Virus record (IMG/VR): IMGVR_UViG_2513237329_000013
Span: 32,001-96,000 of that record
Length of the DNA: 64,000 nucleotides
Reading direction: 5' to 3' (one strand)
Source: a virus
Lineage: Duplodnaviria > Caudoviricetes
Shown here: piece after piece, positions 48,471 to 55,924 of the stretch
Layout of the letters: each line of letters opens with the position of its first letter
How positions within the stretch are numbered: the stretch's first letter is position 1
Notes under the pieces: generated by a model
Told to the model about the DNA's origin: nothing
Databases searched by the model: none
Seen by the model: only the letters and a program-made list of their open reading frames with translations
Position numbers and translations under genes: made by a program

Positions 48471-48640
48471 TGCCCATATTTGTTCTCCTTGTGTTTGTGG
48501 GTGCAGCTCTTTTGTGGCTGCTACTGTCCTTTGGCTTTATCCCTATCGGTAAGTTGTCCAACAGACTTCTGAAAGATGCTTCTGATGCAATGTCAAAGGA
48601 TGAAAAAGATGAAAAAATTGAAGATAAGGAAGAAAAATAA
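48470..48640 (+). CDS. Small membrane protein (56 aa)
   Basis: Hydrophobic N-terminus, coupled to the SPFH gene; not in the ORF track. Confidence 0.6.
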   Translation: MPIFVLLVFVGAALLWLLLSFGFIPIGKLSNRLLKDASDAMSKDEKDEKIEDKEEK

Positions 48641-48643
48641 CCT

Positions 48644-49543
48644 ATGAGAAAGAATGGTTTTGTTGGTGCTATCGTTTTGGCGATCATCATTTTTGGCGGC
48701 GTGATTCTCGGTTTTAGCTGTACATCGCGTGTCCCTACCGGTTATGTCGGAGTCGTTTATAATATGAACGGCGGCGTTGATGGTGAGGTTCTGAGTCAGG
48801 GCTGGCATCTTGTAGCGCCTACAAAGAAAGTAACCACCTATTCTATCGGTTTGGAGCAGTCCTACCTTACAAGCGAGGAAAAGGGTGACTCTCCGAACGA
48901 TGAGAGCTTTTCCATTCCGACGTCCGATGGCAAGACTGTTCGTGTAAATCTTGAGTTCTCTTACAGATTTGACGAAGAGCGTGTTGCTGAAACATTTACG
49001 ACTTTCAAGGGCAAGTCTGGAGAACAGATTAAGGATACATTTATTAAGCCTAAGATTATTGCGTGGACGCAGGAGGTTTCTGCAAATTACCCCGTCACTG
49101 ACATCTTTGGCGATAAGCGTACTGAAATCAATGCTGAGTTGGACACCTATTTGCGTGATAAGTTCGATAAGTACGGCATTATTATCGACACAGTAAACTT
49201 CACTGATATCAGTGTAGATGATGAAACCGCCGCCGCAATTCAGAAGAAGGTCACTGCGCAGCAGGAACTTGAACTGGCTAATATCGAGGCTCAGACTGCC
49301 AAGGTTCAGGCCGAAAAGGATCGTCAGGTTGCTGAAATCAACGCTGAGAAGCAGATCATTGATGCAAATGCGAAGGCTGAGGTAACGCGCATTGAAGCAG
49401 AAGCAGAAGCTCAGGCAAACCGTGAGATTGCCGCATCCCTCACCCCAAATCTGATTGAGAAGATCAAGTACGAGCGCTGGAATGGTGAGCTTCCTACCGT
49501 ATCTGGTTCTGGAGCAATCGTCAGTATTGACGGCGTTGACTGA
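48644..49543 (+). CDS. SPFH/prohibitin (Band 7) protein
   Basis: N-terminal TM, VPTGYVGV, AEAEA repeats, WNGELP. Confidence 0.9.
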   Translation: MRKNGFVGAIVLAIIIFGGVILGFSCTSRVPTGYVGVVYNMNGGVDGEVLSQGWHLVAPTKKVTTYSIGLEQSYLTSEEKGDSPNDESFSIPTSDGKTVRVNLEFSYRFDEERVAETFTTFKGKSGEQIKDTFIKPKIIAWTQEVSANYPVTDIFGDKRTEINAELDTYLRDKFDKYGIIIDTVNFTDISVDDETAAAIQKKVTAQQELELANIEAQTAKVQAEKDRQVAEINAEKQIIDANAKAEVTRIEAEAEAQANREIAASLTPNLIEKIKYERWNGELPTVSGSGAIVSIDGVD

Positions 49544-49556
49544 TCGGAGGATATGA

Positions 49557-49841
49557 ATGAAAAATAAGGTTCGTGATATCCTTGCGGATAAGAAAGTGAA
49601 GCTGCAAGAATTGACTGCACAGGCAGAAGCGGCGGTTGATCTTGTAACGAGAACAATTTCTGGTTTGGAGCTTGTCAACCAAGAAATTGATGACACGGTT
49701 GCAGAAATTGACAAGTATTCTGCTGAGCTTGCGTGTACGCGAGTGGAGCTTAGCAAGAATCGTACACACAATGCTGCGATCATTGCAAATTTTGCAAGAC
49801 TTCTGGAAGTTCCGGAAACAGAAAGTCAGCCAGTAGCCTAA
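49557..49841 (+). CDS. Coiled-coil hypothetical protein
   Basis: RBS GGAGG. Confidence 0.7.
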   Translation: MKNKVRDILADKKVKLQELTAQAEAAVDLVTRTISGLELVNQEIDDTVAEIDKYSAELACTRVELSKNRTHNAAIIANFARLLEVPETESQPVA

Positions 49842-49853
49842 TAGCTACTTGTA

Positions 49854-49909
49854 ACGACGCGAACAGCAATTTTCTTACATATATTTGGGTTATATCGTAC
49901 ATGCGTCGT
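49854..49909 (+). ncRNA. RCAGC-motif small RNA, copy E (Pro-UGG mimic)
   Basis: ACGACGC-GA-ACAGCAAT...ATATA-TTTGGGT-TATAT...GCGTCGT. Confidence 0.78.
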
Positions 49910-49937
49910 GTGAAATAAAACTTGGAGGAATAACATC

Positions 49938-50117
49938 GTGAAGCTGAAGTTCAATGTTGGTGATCGTGTTTTTGATAAGAAGTACGGTCATGGTGTGGTT
50001 CAGAGAGTTGATGCTGGAAACAGCGAGTTCCCGTATCTTATCTTCTACGAAGATGGGACGAAGATCTGGTATAAGGCAAAGGGTGTAACTCTTGCCCCTG
50101 CGGAACAGCAGGATTAA
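49938..50117 (+). CDS. 59-aa Tudor/SH3-like protein (PcrA/UvrD C-terminal-domain-like)
   Basis: KFNVGDRVFDKKYGHGVV; GTG start, RBS GGAGG; not in the ORF track. Confidence 0.65.
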   Translation: MKLKFNVGDRVFDKKYGHGVVQRVDAGNSEFPYLIFYEDGTKIWYKAKGVTLAPAEQQD

Positions 50118-50127
50118 GTAAGTTAGA

Positions 50128-50184
50128 AAGACGCAAACAGCAATCTAACAAAATCAAACTTGAAATTTGACAGATAAGCGTCTT
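50128..50184 (+). ncRNA. RCAGC-motif small RNA, copy F (Ser-UGA mimic)
   Basis: AAGACGC-AA-ACAGCAAT...TCAAA-CTTGAAA-TTTGA...GCGTCTT. Confidence 0.8.
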
Positions 50185-50196
50185 GTGGTGTGATAT

Positions 50197-50287
50197 GGAG
50201 TAGTAATCCTAACTGGTAAGGAAGTAGTTTGCTAAACTACCAGTAATCGGGAACGATGTGCAGGTTCGAGTCCTGTCTACTCCGCCA
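50197..50287 (+). tRNA. tRNA-Ser(GCU)
   Basis: Loop TTGCTAA, variable arm, CCA. Confidence 0.92.
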
Positions 50288-50291
50288 ACAA

Positions 50292-50442
50292 AAGCAAGTA
50301 GACAAAGAGAAAGTCTGTTCGCAATCGAAGCCGGCAATCATTGATTATTTTGTCCGCTTTCTTCACGGTAACTGCATGGCAGGAGTGCGAATACAAAACA
50401 GATTGGGTTCTGTTGTATGGGAGCGTGGCCTATACCTTGCTT
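50292..50442 (+). ncRNA. Putative ~150-nt structured RNA
   Basis: Closing AAGCAAG/CTTGCTT; TCACGGTA and ATACAA/TTGTATGG as in 12157-12310. Confidence 0.45.
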
Positions 50443-50449
50443 GATATAT

Positions 50450-50536
50450 GCTGATGTGATGGAACTGGCATACATGGGGGACTTAAAATCCCCCGCCGAT
50501 TGTGGATTATGGGTTCGACTCCCATCATCAGCACCA
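50450..50536 (+). tRNA. tRNA-Leu(UAA)
   Basis: Loop CTTAAAA, variable arm, CCA. Confidence 0.93.
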
Positions 50537-50617
50537 GCCGTTGTGATGATCGGCTTTCATCTCCTTCTTTGTGTGACGGTGGGACAGACCACTACTGCCG
50601 TGTAAGTGCGGCATAAA

Positions 50618-50730
50618 TGAGGGCGTCTGGATGACAGCTTTAAGGTGTATCGAACGGCGGACACCTACAGCAATGTTCTTTAAGAAAACTGGAATTTTTC
50701 TGCTTGCGGGTTCGATTCCCGTAGCTCTCA
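50618..50730 (+). ncRNA. tRNA-like RNA with RCAGC insert, copy G (Ser-GGA loop)
   Basis: Acceptor TGAGGGC/GCTCTCA, T loop TTCGATT, ACAC-CT-ACAGCAAT, AGAAAA-CTGGAAT-TTTTCT. Confidence 0.7.
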
Positions 50731-50799
50731 AAGCCGTTAAATAATCTTCTCGAATTGGTGAGCAATTCACAACTTCTCTGGGAAGATGTAATAAGAAAT

Positions 50800-50910
50800 G
50801 CAGAGGTAGCTCAGTCGGTAGAGCATCAGACAAAAAATGTGCTAAGCATTAGCACTAACAGCAATGTTAAAGGAATCCGAGTGTCGGAGGTTCGAGTCCT
50901 CCCCTCTGCG
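50800..50910 (+). ncRNA. tRNA-like RNA with RCAGC insert in the anticodon loop, copy H
   Basis: Canonical acceptor, D and T arms; GTGCTAA/TTAGCAC-TA-ACAGCAAT inserted. Confidence 0.8.
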
Positions 50911-50917
50911 TCTATAT

Positions 50918-50989
50918 TCGTGTGTAACATTTACGAAAGTACACCGTGGATGCGATTGGTATATGTCAGTTCGATTCTGACCGCACGAG
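50918..50989 (+). ncRNA. Degenerate tRNA-like element
   Basis: Acceptor TCGTGTG/CGCACGA and T arm intact; D and anticodon arms aberrant. Confidence 0.5.
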
Positions 50990-50997
50990 CCTATAAT

Positions 50998-51112
50998 GCC
51001 AGGGTAGCTCAACTGGTAGAGCGCGTAATAATGCGACTTGTTAAGCCGCTTACAGCAAATTTCTTTTGGTCTGTTAAACCCGTGGTTGCAGGTTCGATTC
51101 CTGCCCCTGGCT
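50998..51112 (+). ncRNA. tRNA-Asn(GUU)-like RNA with RCAGC insert in the anticodon stem, copy I
   Basis: CG-[hairpin-TT-ACAGCAAA]-GGT-CTGTTAA-ACCCG; canonical D and T arms. Confidence 0.8.
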
Positions 51113-51198
51113 CAACGTGAATGACTGCTTAAACCATTCTAAACCGACACGACAAAAGGGTAGAAATGGTGACAGCTCGGAGAGACGGGCATCTATAT

Positions 51199-51316
51199 AC
51201 GGCAGTGGTGAAGCGGTAACACAGCAGCCATACAAATGCGAAAAGTGGATTTTCGCTAACAGCTATTTCACACTCCAAGCTGCCAATCGTAGGTTCGATT
51301 CCTACCTGCCGTTCCA
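51199..51316 (+). ncRNA. tRNA-Gly(UCC)-like RNA with RCAGC insert in the anticodon loop, copy J
   Basis: GCAGC-[GCGAAAA/TTTTCGC-TA-ACAGCTAT]-CTCCAA-GCTGC; ends U73-CCA. Confidence 0.8.
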
Positions 51317-51376
51317 CGGGTATAGAGTTGACTTTTCCGTTCAAACAGCCCCTTATAAAGTTGGTAGTAACGGTAT

Positions 51377-51440
51377 GAGACGCACACAGCAATTTGTAAG
51401 TAAAGTATTTGGCCTGATAAGCGGATTTCTTTTGCGTCTC
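51377..51440 (+). ncRNA. RCAGC-motif small RNA, copy K (Ile-GAU mimic)
   Basis: GAGACGC-AC-ACAGCAAT...TTGGC-CTGATAA-GCGGA...GCGTCTC. Confidence 0.78.
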
Positions 51441-51450
51441 GCCCCCTCCT

Positions 51451-51490
51451 TTAAGACACAAACAGCATCGAGTGTGAAATGGTGTCTTGA
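51451..51490 (+). ncRNA. RCAGC-motif minimal copy L in the DUF2828 leader
   Basis: AAGACAC-AA-ACAGCATC...GTGTCTT, 53 nt before the start codon. Confidence 0.65.
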
Positions 51491-51543
51491 AGGCTATTTC
51501 AAGCGAAAAGAAATTAGTTAAACAATTCAAGGAGGAAGTAGGT

Positions 51544-53088
51544 ATGAGTGGTTTTATGTCTGCTATGAAAAGCACTTTGAACGATGAGTTCAATGTTTCT
51601 GTTACTGAGAACGGTGCTATTGGCTATCGCACTACTGGCAAGGAACTGTTGGATCTCAACTTTGCCGTTGCATCTCTTCGTAAGGCATCTCCGAGCGATA
51701 TTGCAAATCGTTTCGTCAGAGCGTTTTTCGAGGATAAGATCACGGCAATGAAATGGCTGTTCTTTGCGCGTGATGTTCGTGGAGGTCTTGGTGAACGCCG
51801 TTTGTTCCGCATTGTGTTTCAGCGCATGGCTGAGGAAAATCCGGAATACATCATTCCGCTGCTTCCTCTCGTTCCTGAGTATGGACGCTATGATGACCTG
51901 TGGTGTTTGTTTGATACAAAGCTTGCACCTAATGTACTGAACATCATTGCGCAGCAGCTCCGCGAGGACATTCAGAACTTGAGTGATGGCAATGGTATTT
52001 CTCTTCTCGCAAAGTGGCTTCCGTCTGCGAATGCTCATTCCGCTGACGCAAAGCGTTATGCTAAGCAGATTTACAAGTTTATGGGCATTTCTGAGCGCGA
52101 CTACCGTAAGGTGCTGTCCAAGCTGCGTTCTAAGCTGGATATCGTGGAGAAGAAAATGTCCGAAAAGCGTTGGGATGAGATTGCGTATGAAGCTGTCCCG
52201 TCTCGTGCAAATCTGATTTACAACTCTGCGTTCCTTCGTAACGACGAAGATCGTCGCCGTGATTTCCTATCCCGTTTGGAAAAGGGCGAAACGAAAATCA
52301 ATGCGTCTACGCTTTTCCCGCATGACATTGTTGCAAAGTATAGCGATGGTTGGCGTGGTCTGAAGCCTACGGATAAGACGCTTGAAGCTCTTTGGAACGC
52401 GCTTCCCGATACCGTAAACGGATGCGGCAATACAATTGTTGTTGCGGATGGCAGCGGCAGTATGACCGTGAATGTTGGCGGCGGCAATGTTACTGCGCTG
52501 GCTGTGGCAAACGCGCTTGCAATTTATTTCGCAGAGCGTTCCTCTGGTCAGTTCAAGGATAATTACATTACATTTTCTGAGCGTCCTCAGCTCGTCGATT
52601 TGAGTAAGGGTAAGAATCTCCGTGAGAAGATTCAGATTGCGCTTAAACACAGCGAGGTAGCAAACACAAATATCGAAGCGGTGTTTGATCTTATCCTGAC
52701 TACGGCAAAGAAAAACAATATGGAACAGAGCGACCTTCCCGCAAACATCCTTATTATCTCCGATATGGAGTTTGACTACTGCGCAACATCGAATGGCGGA
52801 AGCCGATATACTCGTGGTAGTGTTGATTCTCGTCTGTTTGACAAGATTGCAAAGCGCTACGAGGACGCTGGGTATAAGTTACCAAGGCTTGTGTTCTGGA
52901 ATGTGAATAGCCGCACGAATACTATTCCTATTAAGGAAAACGAGATGGGAGTTGCGCTTGTAAGCGGTTTTAGCCCGAACATCGCAAAGATGGTGATGAG
53001 CGGTCAAACCGATCCGTATGAGTGCTTGCTTGAAACGCTGAACTCTGATCGTTATAAGCCTATCGGTGACGCTCTGGAAAATCAGTAA
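51544..53088 (+). CDS. DUF2828 family protein (helical domain + vWA, Ro60/TROVE-like)
   Basis: ARDVRGGLGER, YGRYDD, AKWLPS, MIDAS DGSGSM, T, SDMEFD, VFWNV; RBS AGGAGG. Confidence 0.88.
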   Translation: MSGFMSAMKSTLNDEFNVSVTENGAIGYRTTGKELLDLNFAVASLRKASPSDIANRFVRAFFEDKITAMKWLFFARDVRGGLGERRLFRIVFQRMAEENPEYIIPLLPLVPEYGRYDDLWCLFDTKLAPNVLNIIAQQLREDIQNLSDGNGISLLAKWLPSANAHSADAKRYAKQIYKFMGISERDYRKVLSKLRSKLDIVEKKMSEKRWDEIAYEAVPSRANLIYNSAFLRNDEDRRRDFLSRLEKGETKINASTLFPHDIVAKYSDGWRGLKPTDKTLEALWNALPDTVNGCGNTIVVADGSGSMTVNVGGGNVTALAVANALAIYFAERSSGQFKDNYITFSERPQLVDLSKGKNLREKIQIALKHSEVANTNIEAVFDLILTTAKKNNMEQSDLPANILIISDMEFDYCATSNGGSRYTRGSVDSRLFDKIAKRYEDAGYKLPRLVFWNVNSRTNTIPIKENEMGVALVSGFSPNIAKMVMSGQTDPYECLLETLNSDRYKPIGDALENQ

Positions 53089-53185
53089 AACTCCAACCCA
53101 AAAGTAAGCAAACCACGAAATAAGTGGGTAGTTAAGTAGGGCGGCGGGTGTCCGCCGCCCTATCATTATATCCGGAGGTTCGTTT

Positions 53186-53470
53186 ATGGACTTGGTTACA
53201 AAATATATTATGACGCATTCTGATGGTCGCAGTCATCCTATTTGCGGTTCTGCTATTGCTGCTGCATTTTGTGTGTCGAGCGTTGAAGTGAGACGGCTTG
53301 TAAACGCCGCTCGTACAAATGGTGATCCGATTTGTTCCAGTGGGCGTGGATACTACATTGCAAAGGACAAAGATGAAATCCAGAAGACAATCGAGTCTCT
53401 ACAAGGTCGCATCGCTGGCATGAGTAACGCTGTGTCCGGACTGCAGCAGTATATGGAAGGAGCGCTCTAA
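53186..53470 (+). CDS. Winged-helix DNA-binding protein
   Basis: VRRLVN.AR..G.PICS...GYY. Confidence 0.7.
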   Translation: MDLVTKYIMTHSDGRSHPICGSAIAAAFCVSSVEVRRLVNAARTNGDPICSSGRGYYIAKDKDEIQKTIESLQGRIAGMSNAVSGLQQYMEGAL

Positions 53471-53781
53471 TGCCAGATGTTGTTATGACGAATCATAGCG
53501 TGAAGCGAACAAAAGAAAGAATCGGACTAAGCAAGAAAATTGCCGATAAGAATGCGCAGAGAGCGCTTGAATACGGTATTACACACTCTGAGGCAAAGGG
53601 TGGTTTGTGTCGGTATCTTGATAAGCTGTATCTGTCGAATGGTAATGCAAATAATGTTCGTGTTTATCACAGATATGTATATCTCTTTCGTGGGAACACG
53701 CTTTTGACAATCATTCCATTACCAAACAAATTCTATGCTCTGGCGGACAAACTTCAAAAACAGAAAGGCGAAGTAGAATGA
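53470..53781 (+). CDS. Hypothetical protein
   Basis: TNHS..R..ER pattern, coupled. Confidence 0.7.
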   Translation: MPDVVMTNHSVKRTKERIGLSKKIADKNAQRALEYGITHSEAKGGLCRYLDKLYLSNGNANNVRVYHRYVYLFRGNTLLTIIPLPNKFYALADKLQKQKGEVE

Positions 53782-54734
53782 GGATCGTAAAAACACATAC
53801 CGGAAAAATTTATGTTGATAAGGATAAGAAACTGGAGTTTTTAACGGTTGGCGACTATGGCAAGGAAAACAATATTAAAGCAAGTTTTCTTGGTTTGAAC
53901 AAAGAAATCAATGGTGTTCGACATCATGCGGTTGACCTGGCGGATAAGTGGGTTGCTACTATCAGCACTCAGAAAGGTTGCCCGATGAATTGTCAGTTTT
54001 GTGATTGTCCGAAGTATGGATTTCACGGAAATGTATCTCGTGAAGAACTGGTTTATGAAATTGAGACAATTCTTGCAAACGAACGAGTAACACATACTAA
54101 TCGTTTCAATGTTCACTTTGCTCGTATGGGTGAACCTACATTCAACGATGCCGTTCTTCCGTTTGCTGAATTTGATTTGAAGTCGCTGGTGAATCGGTTC
54201 ATTACGGCAGACACAATTCATCCTGTTGTTTCAACTATGCTTCCGAAAGTAAATGCCAATTTGAAGTCATTCATCATGGAATGGTGTCGCATCAAGAACA
54301 GTGTGTACAGTGGAGAAGCTGGTCTGCAATTTAGCATCAACTCGACTGATCAGGCGCAGCGTAATGAACAGTTCAACGGAAAGAGCTTATCATTATCAGA
54401 AATTTCAAGTCTCGCATCTAAGCTTCCTATGCCAGTCGGTAGAAAATACACATTGAATTTTGCGGTAACGGCTGACACGATTTTGGATGCGGTGGAGCTT
54501 GGAAAGTTGTTCGATAAGGAAAAGTTTATCGTAAAAATTACGCCGATTCACCAGACAAATGCAGCCATTAAGAATGGATTTGATGTGACCACGGAATATA
54601 CCGACTACGATGTTTACCGCAAGTTTGAAGATCCGCTTGTTGCTGCTGGATGGGATGTCATTGTGTTCGTGCCGAGCGAGGAAGAAGATAGCGACCGTAT
54701 TACTTGCGGAAATGCCTTAATTTCAGATAAGTGA
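53778..54734 (+). CDS. RlmN-like radical SAM RNA methyltransferase
   Basis: STQKGCPMNCQFC, MGEP, C-terminal TCG. Confidence 0.78.
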   Translation: MRIVKTHTGKIYVDKDKKLEFLTVGDYGKENNIKASFLGLNKEINGVRHHAVDLADKWVATISTQKGCPMNCQFCDCPKYGFHGNVSREELVYEIETILANERVTHTNRFNVHFARMGEPTFNDAVLPFAEFDLKSLVNRFITADTIHPVVSTMLPKVNANLKSFIMEWCRIKNSVYSGEAGLQFSINSTDQAQRNEQFNGKSLSLSEISSLASKLPMPVGRKYTLNFAVTADTILDAVELGKLFDKEKFIVKITPIHQTNAAIKNGFDVTTEYTDYDVYRKFEDPLVAAGWDVIVFVPSEEEDSDRITCGNALISDK

Positions 54735-54742
54735 GGTGCAGG

Positions 54743-55150
54743 ATGTACAAGCACTACGAAAATATTACAAGAGAAGTTTTGGATACGATAAAGGCTGGAG
54801 ATTTGGTTAGAGTAAACGATTGGACGTGTCCAATGCTTGTGAAAGCAGTATCTAAGAATTTCTTTGTAATGACTTGTAAGAAAGAAAAAGATACATATTA
54901 CTCTGTGTGTTCAAAACTGCCGTGGAACGGTATTCGTCACAACGCTATGGTTGGCGGCATGTTCCATTGTGGATGTGATGATTGGATTTTCGGGACACCT
55001 CTTGGAATTAGACACGAAAACATCTACCAGTTTAATGATCCGGAGTTAAATAGATTGTATCTACAAGAGTTTGAGGATGGTAAAACGCACATTTCTGAAC
55101 GAAATGGAGTTGCTATCTATGACTTGTATGTAGAGCGCTGTGATGACTAA
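54743..55150 (+). CDS. Hypothetical protein
   Basis: RBS GAGGTG. Confidence 0.7.
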   Translation: MYKHYENITREVLDTIKAGDLVRVNDWTCPMLVKAVSKNFFVMTCKKEKDTYYSVCSKLPWNGIRHNAMVGGMFHCGCDDWIFGTPLGIRHENIYQFNDPELNRLYLQEFEDGKTHISERNGVAIYDLYVERCDD

Positions 55151-55164
55151 GGAGGTTATGCAAG

Positions 55165-55440
55165 ATGGTGGTAAGCCTACGCGAGATTGTGATGTCACAT
55201 GAAAAGATTTATTCGCTGCTCTATTCTCCGTGTAAAATCGAGAGTGACCCGATTGAAAAGCAGATTGTAGAAATTAGTACGAAGTCTCTGCGTTGGTCGG
55301 ATGATGGGACAATGTTTGTCTATGTTTGGGGTTGGCCTGGGCCGGACTTTAACAGATATTCTGCACAGACATACGGAAAAGGCTGGGCATTTACAAAACA
55401 AGAAATCATTGATGCCTGGGAGAACGAGAATAGGAAGTAG
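55165..55440 (+). CDS. Hypothetical protein
   Basis: RBS AAGGAGG. Confidence 0.65.
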   Translation: MVVSLREIVMSHEKIYSLLYSPCKIESDPIEKQIVEISTKSLRWSDDGTMFVYVWGWPGPDFNRYSAQTYGKGWAFTKQEIIDAWENENRK

Positions 55441-55543
55441 TAAATCAATCCTATGTACAGTTCATTTCTTAAAATAATTCACTGAAAAACACAGAGTTTT
55501 TCGTTGCAAGCAAGCGCAACTAACGATTGGAGTGTAATTTGCC

Positions 55544-55924
55544 ATGCCCATTAAAACACATGAATCACAGCGAAGAATGGCTGAAATGCAGCACATGAGA
55601 GACTGCGGATTTACTTTGCAGCAAATCGGAGATCAATACGGAATAAGCCGAGAGCGAGTTCGTCAGATTGTAAATAACATTCACAAGAAAAAGCGTACTT
55701 GTGGTGTGAAAAATATCTGCTATCCAAATTTCAAAAAATGGGCGCTTGATAATGGGTATTCCACTTTAACAAAGCTGGCTAATGATATGGATATGTGTTC
55801 ATCTCTTGTTAGAAGTCTTCTGATTAAGGGTGAATCCCCTACAAAGCGCTCAATTAGGAAGATAACTGAATTCACTGGAATGTCTGCGGATGAAGTGTTT
55901 TATCTACCAGATGTTGCAGCATAA
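55544..55924 (+). CDS. HTH protein (sigma region-4-like plus second HTH)
   Basis: TLQQIGDQYGISRERVRQI. Confidence 0.75.
   Translation: MPIKTHESQRRMAEMQHMRDCGFTLQQIGDQYGISRERVRQIVNNIHKKKRTCGVKNICYPNFKKWALDNGYSTLTKLANDMDMCSSLVRSLLIKGESPTKRSIRKITEFTGMSADEVFYLPDVAA

Noticed and set aside
48593-49783. 396-aa minus-strand ORF and similar long antisense ORFs (35533-36423, 13986-14858)
   Set aside because: They are antisense shadows of well-supported genes.
50537-50600. Second HDV/theta-like ribozyme after tRNA-Leu(UAA)
   Set aside because: A P1-like GCCGTTG/TGACGGT exists, but L3 is 10 nt and atypical, P2 is short, a competing hairpin forms, and the tRNA already encodes CCA.
50800-51316. Group I/II or archaeal-type tRNA introns
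   Set aside because: The inserts are ~40 nt, too short for self-splicing, show no bulge-helix-bulge, and have variable insertion sites.
49854-51490. CRISPR array or Racr-like solitary repeats
   Set aside because: Only ~10 nt is conserved, spacing is irregular, helices covary rather than repeat, and no cas genes are present.
49854-51490. Classical Y RNA/YrlA
   Set aside because: The canonical Ro-binding GUCCGA/UUGAC bulged helix was not found; any relationship is by analogy only.
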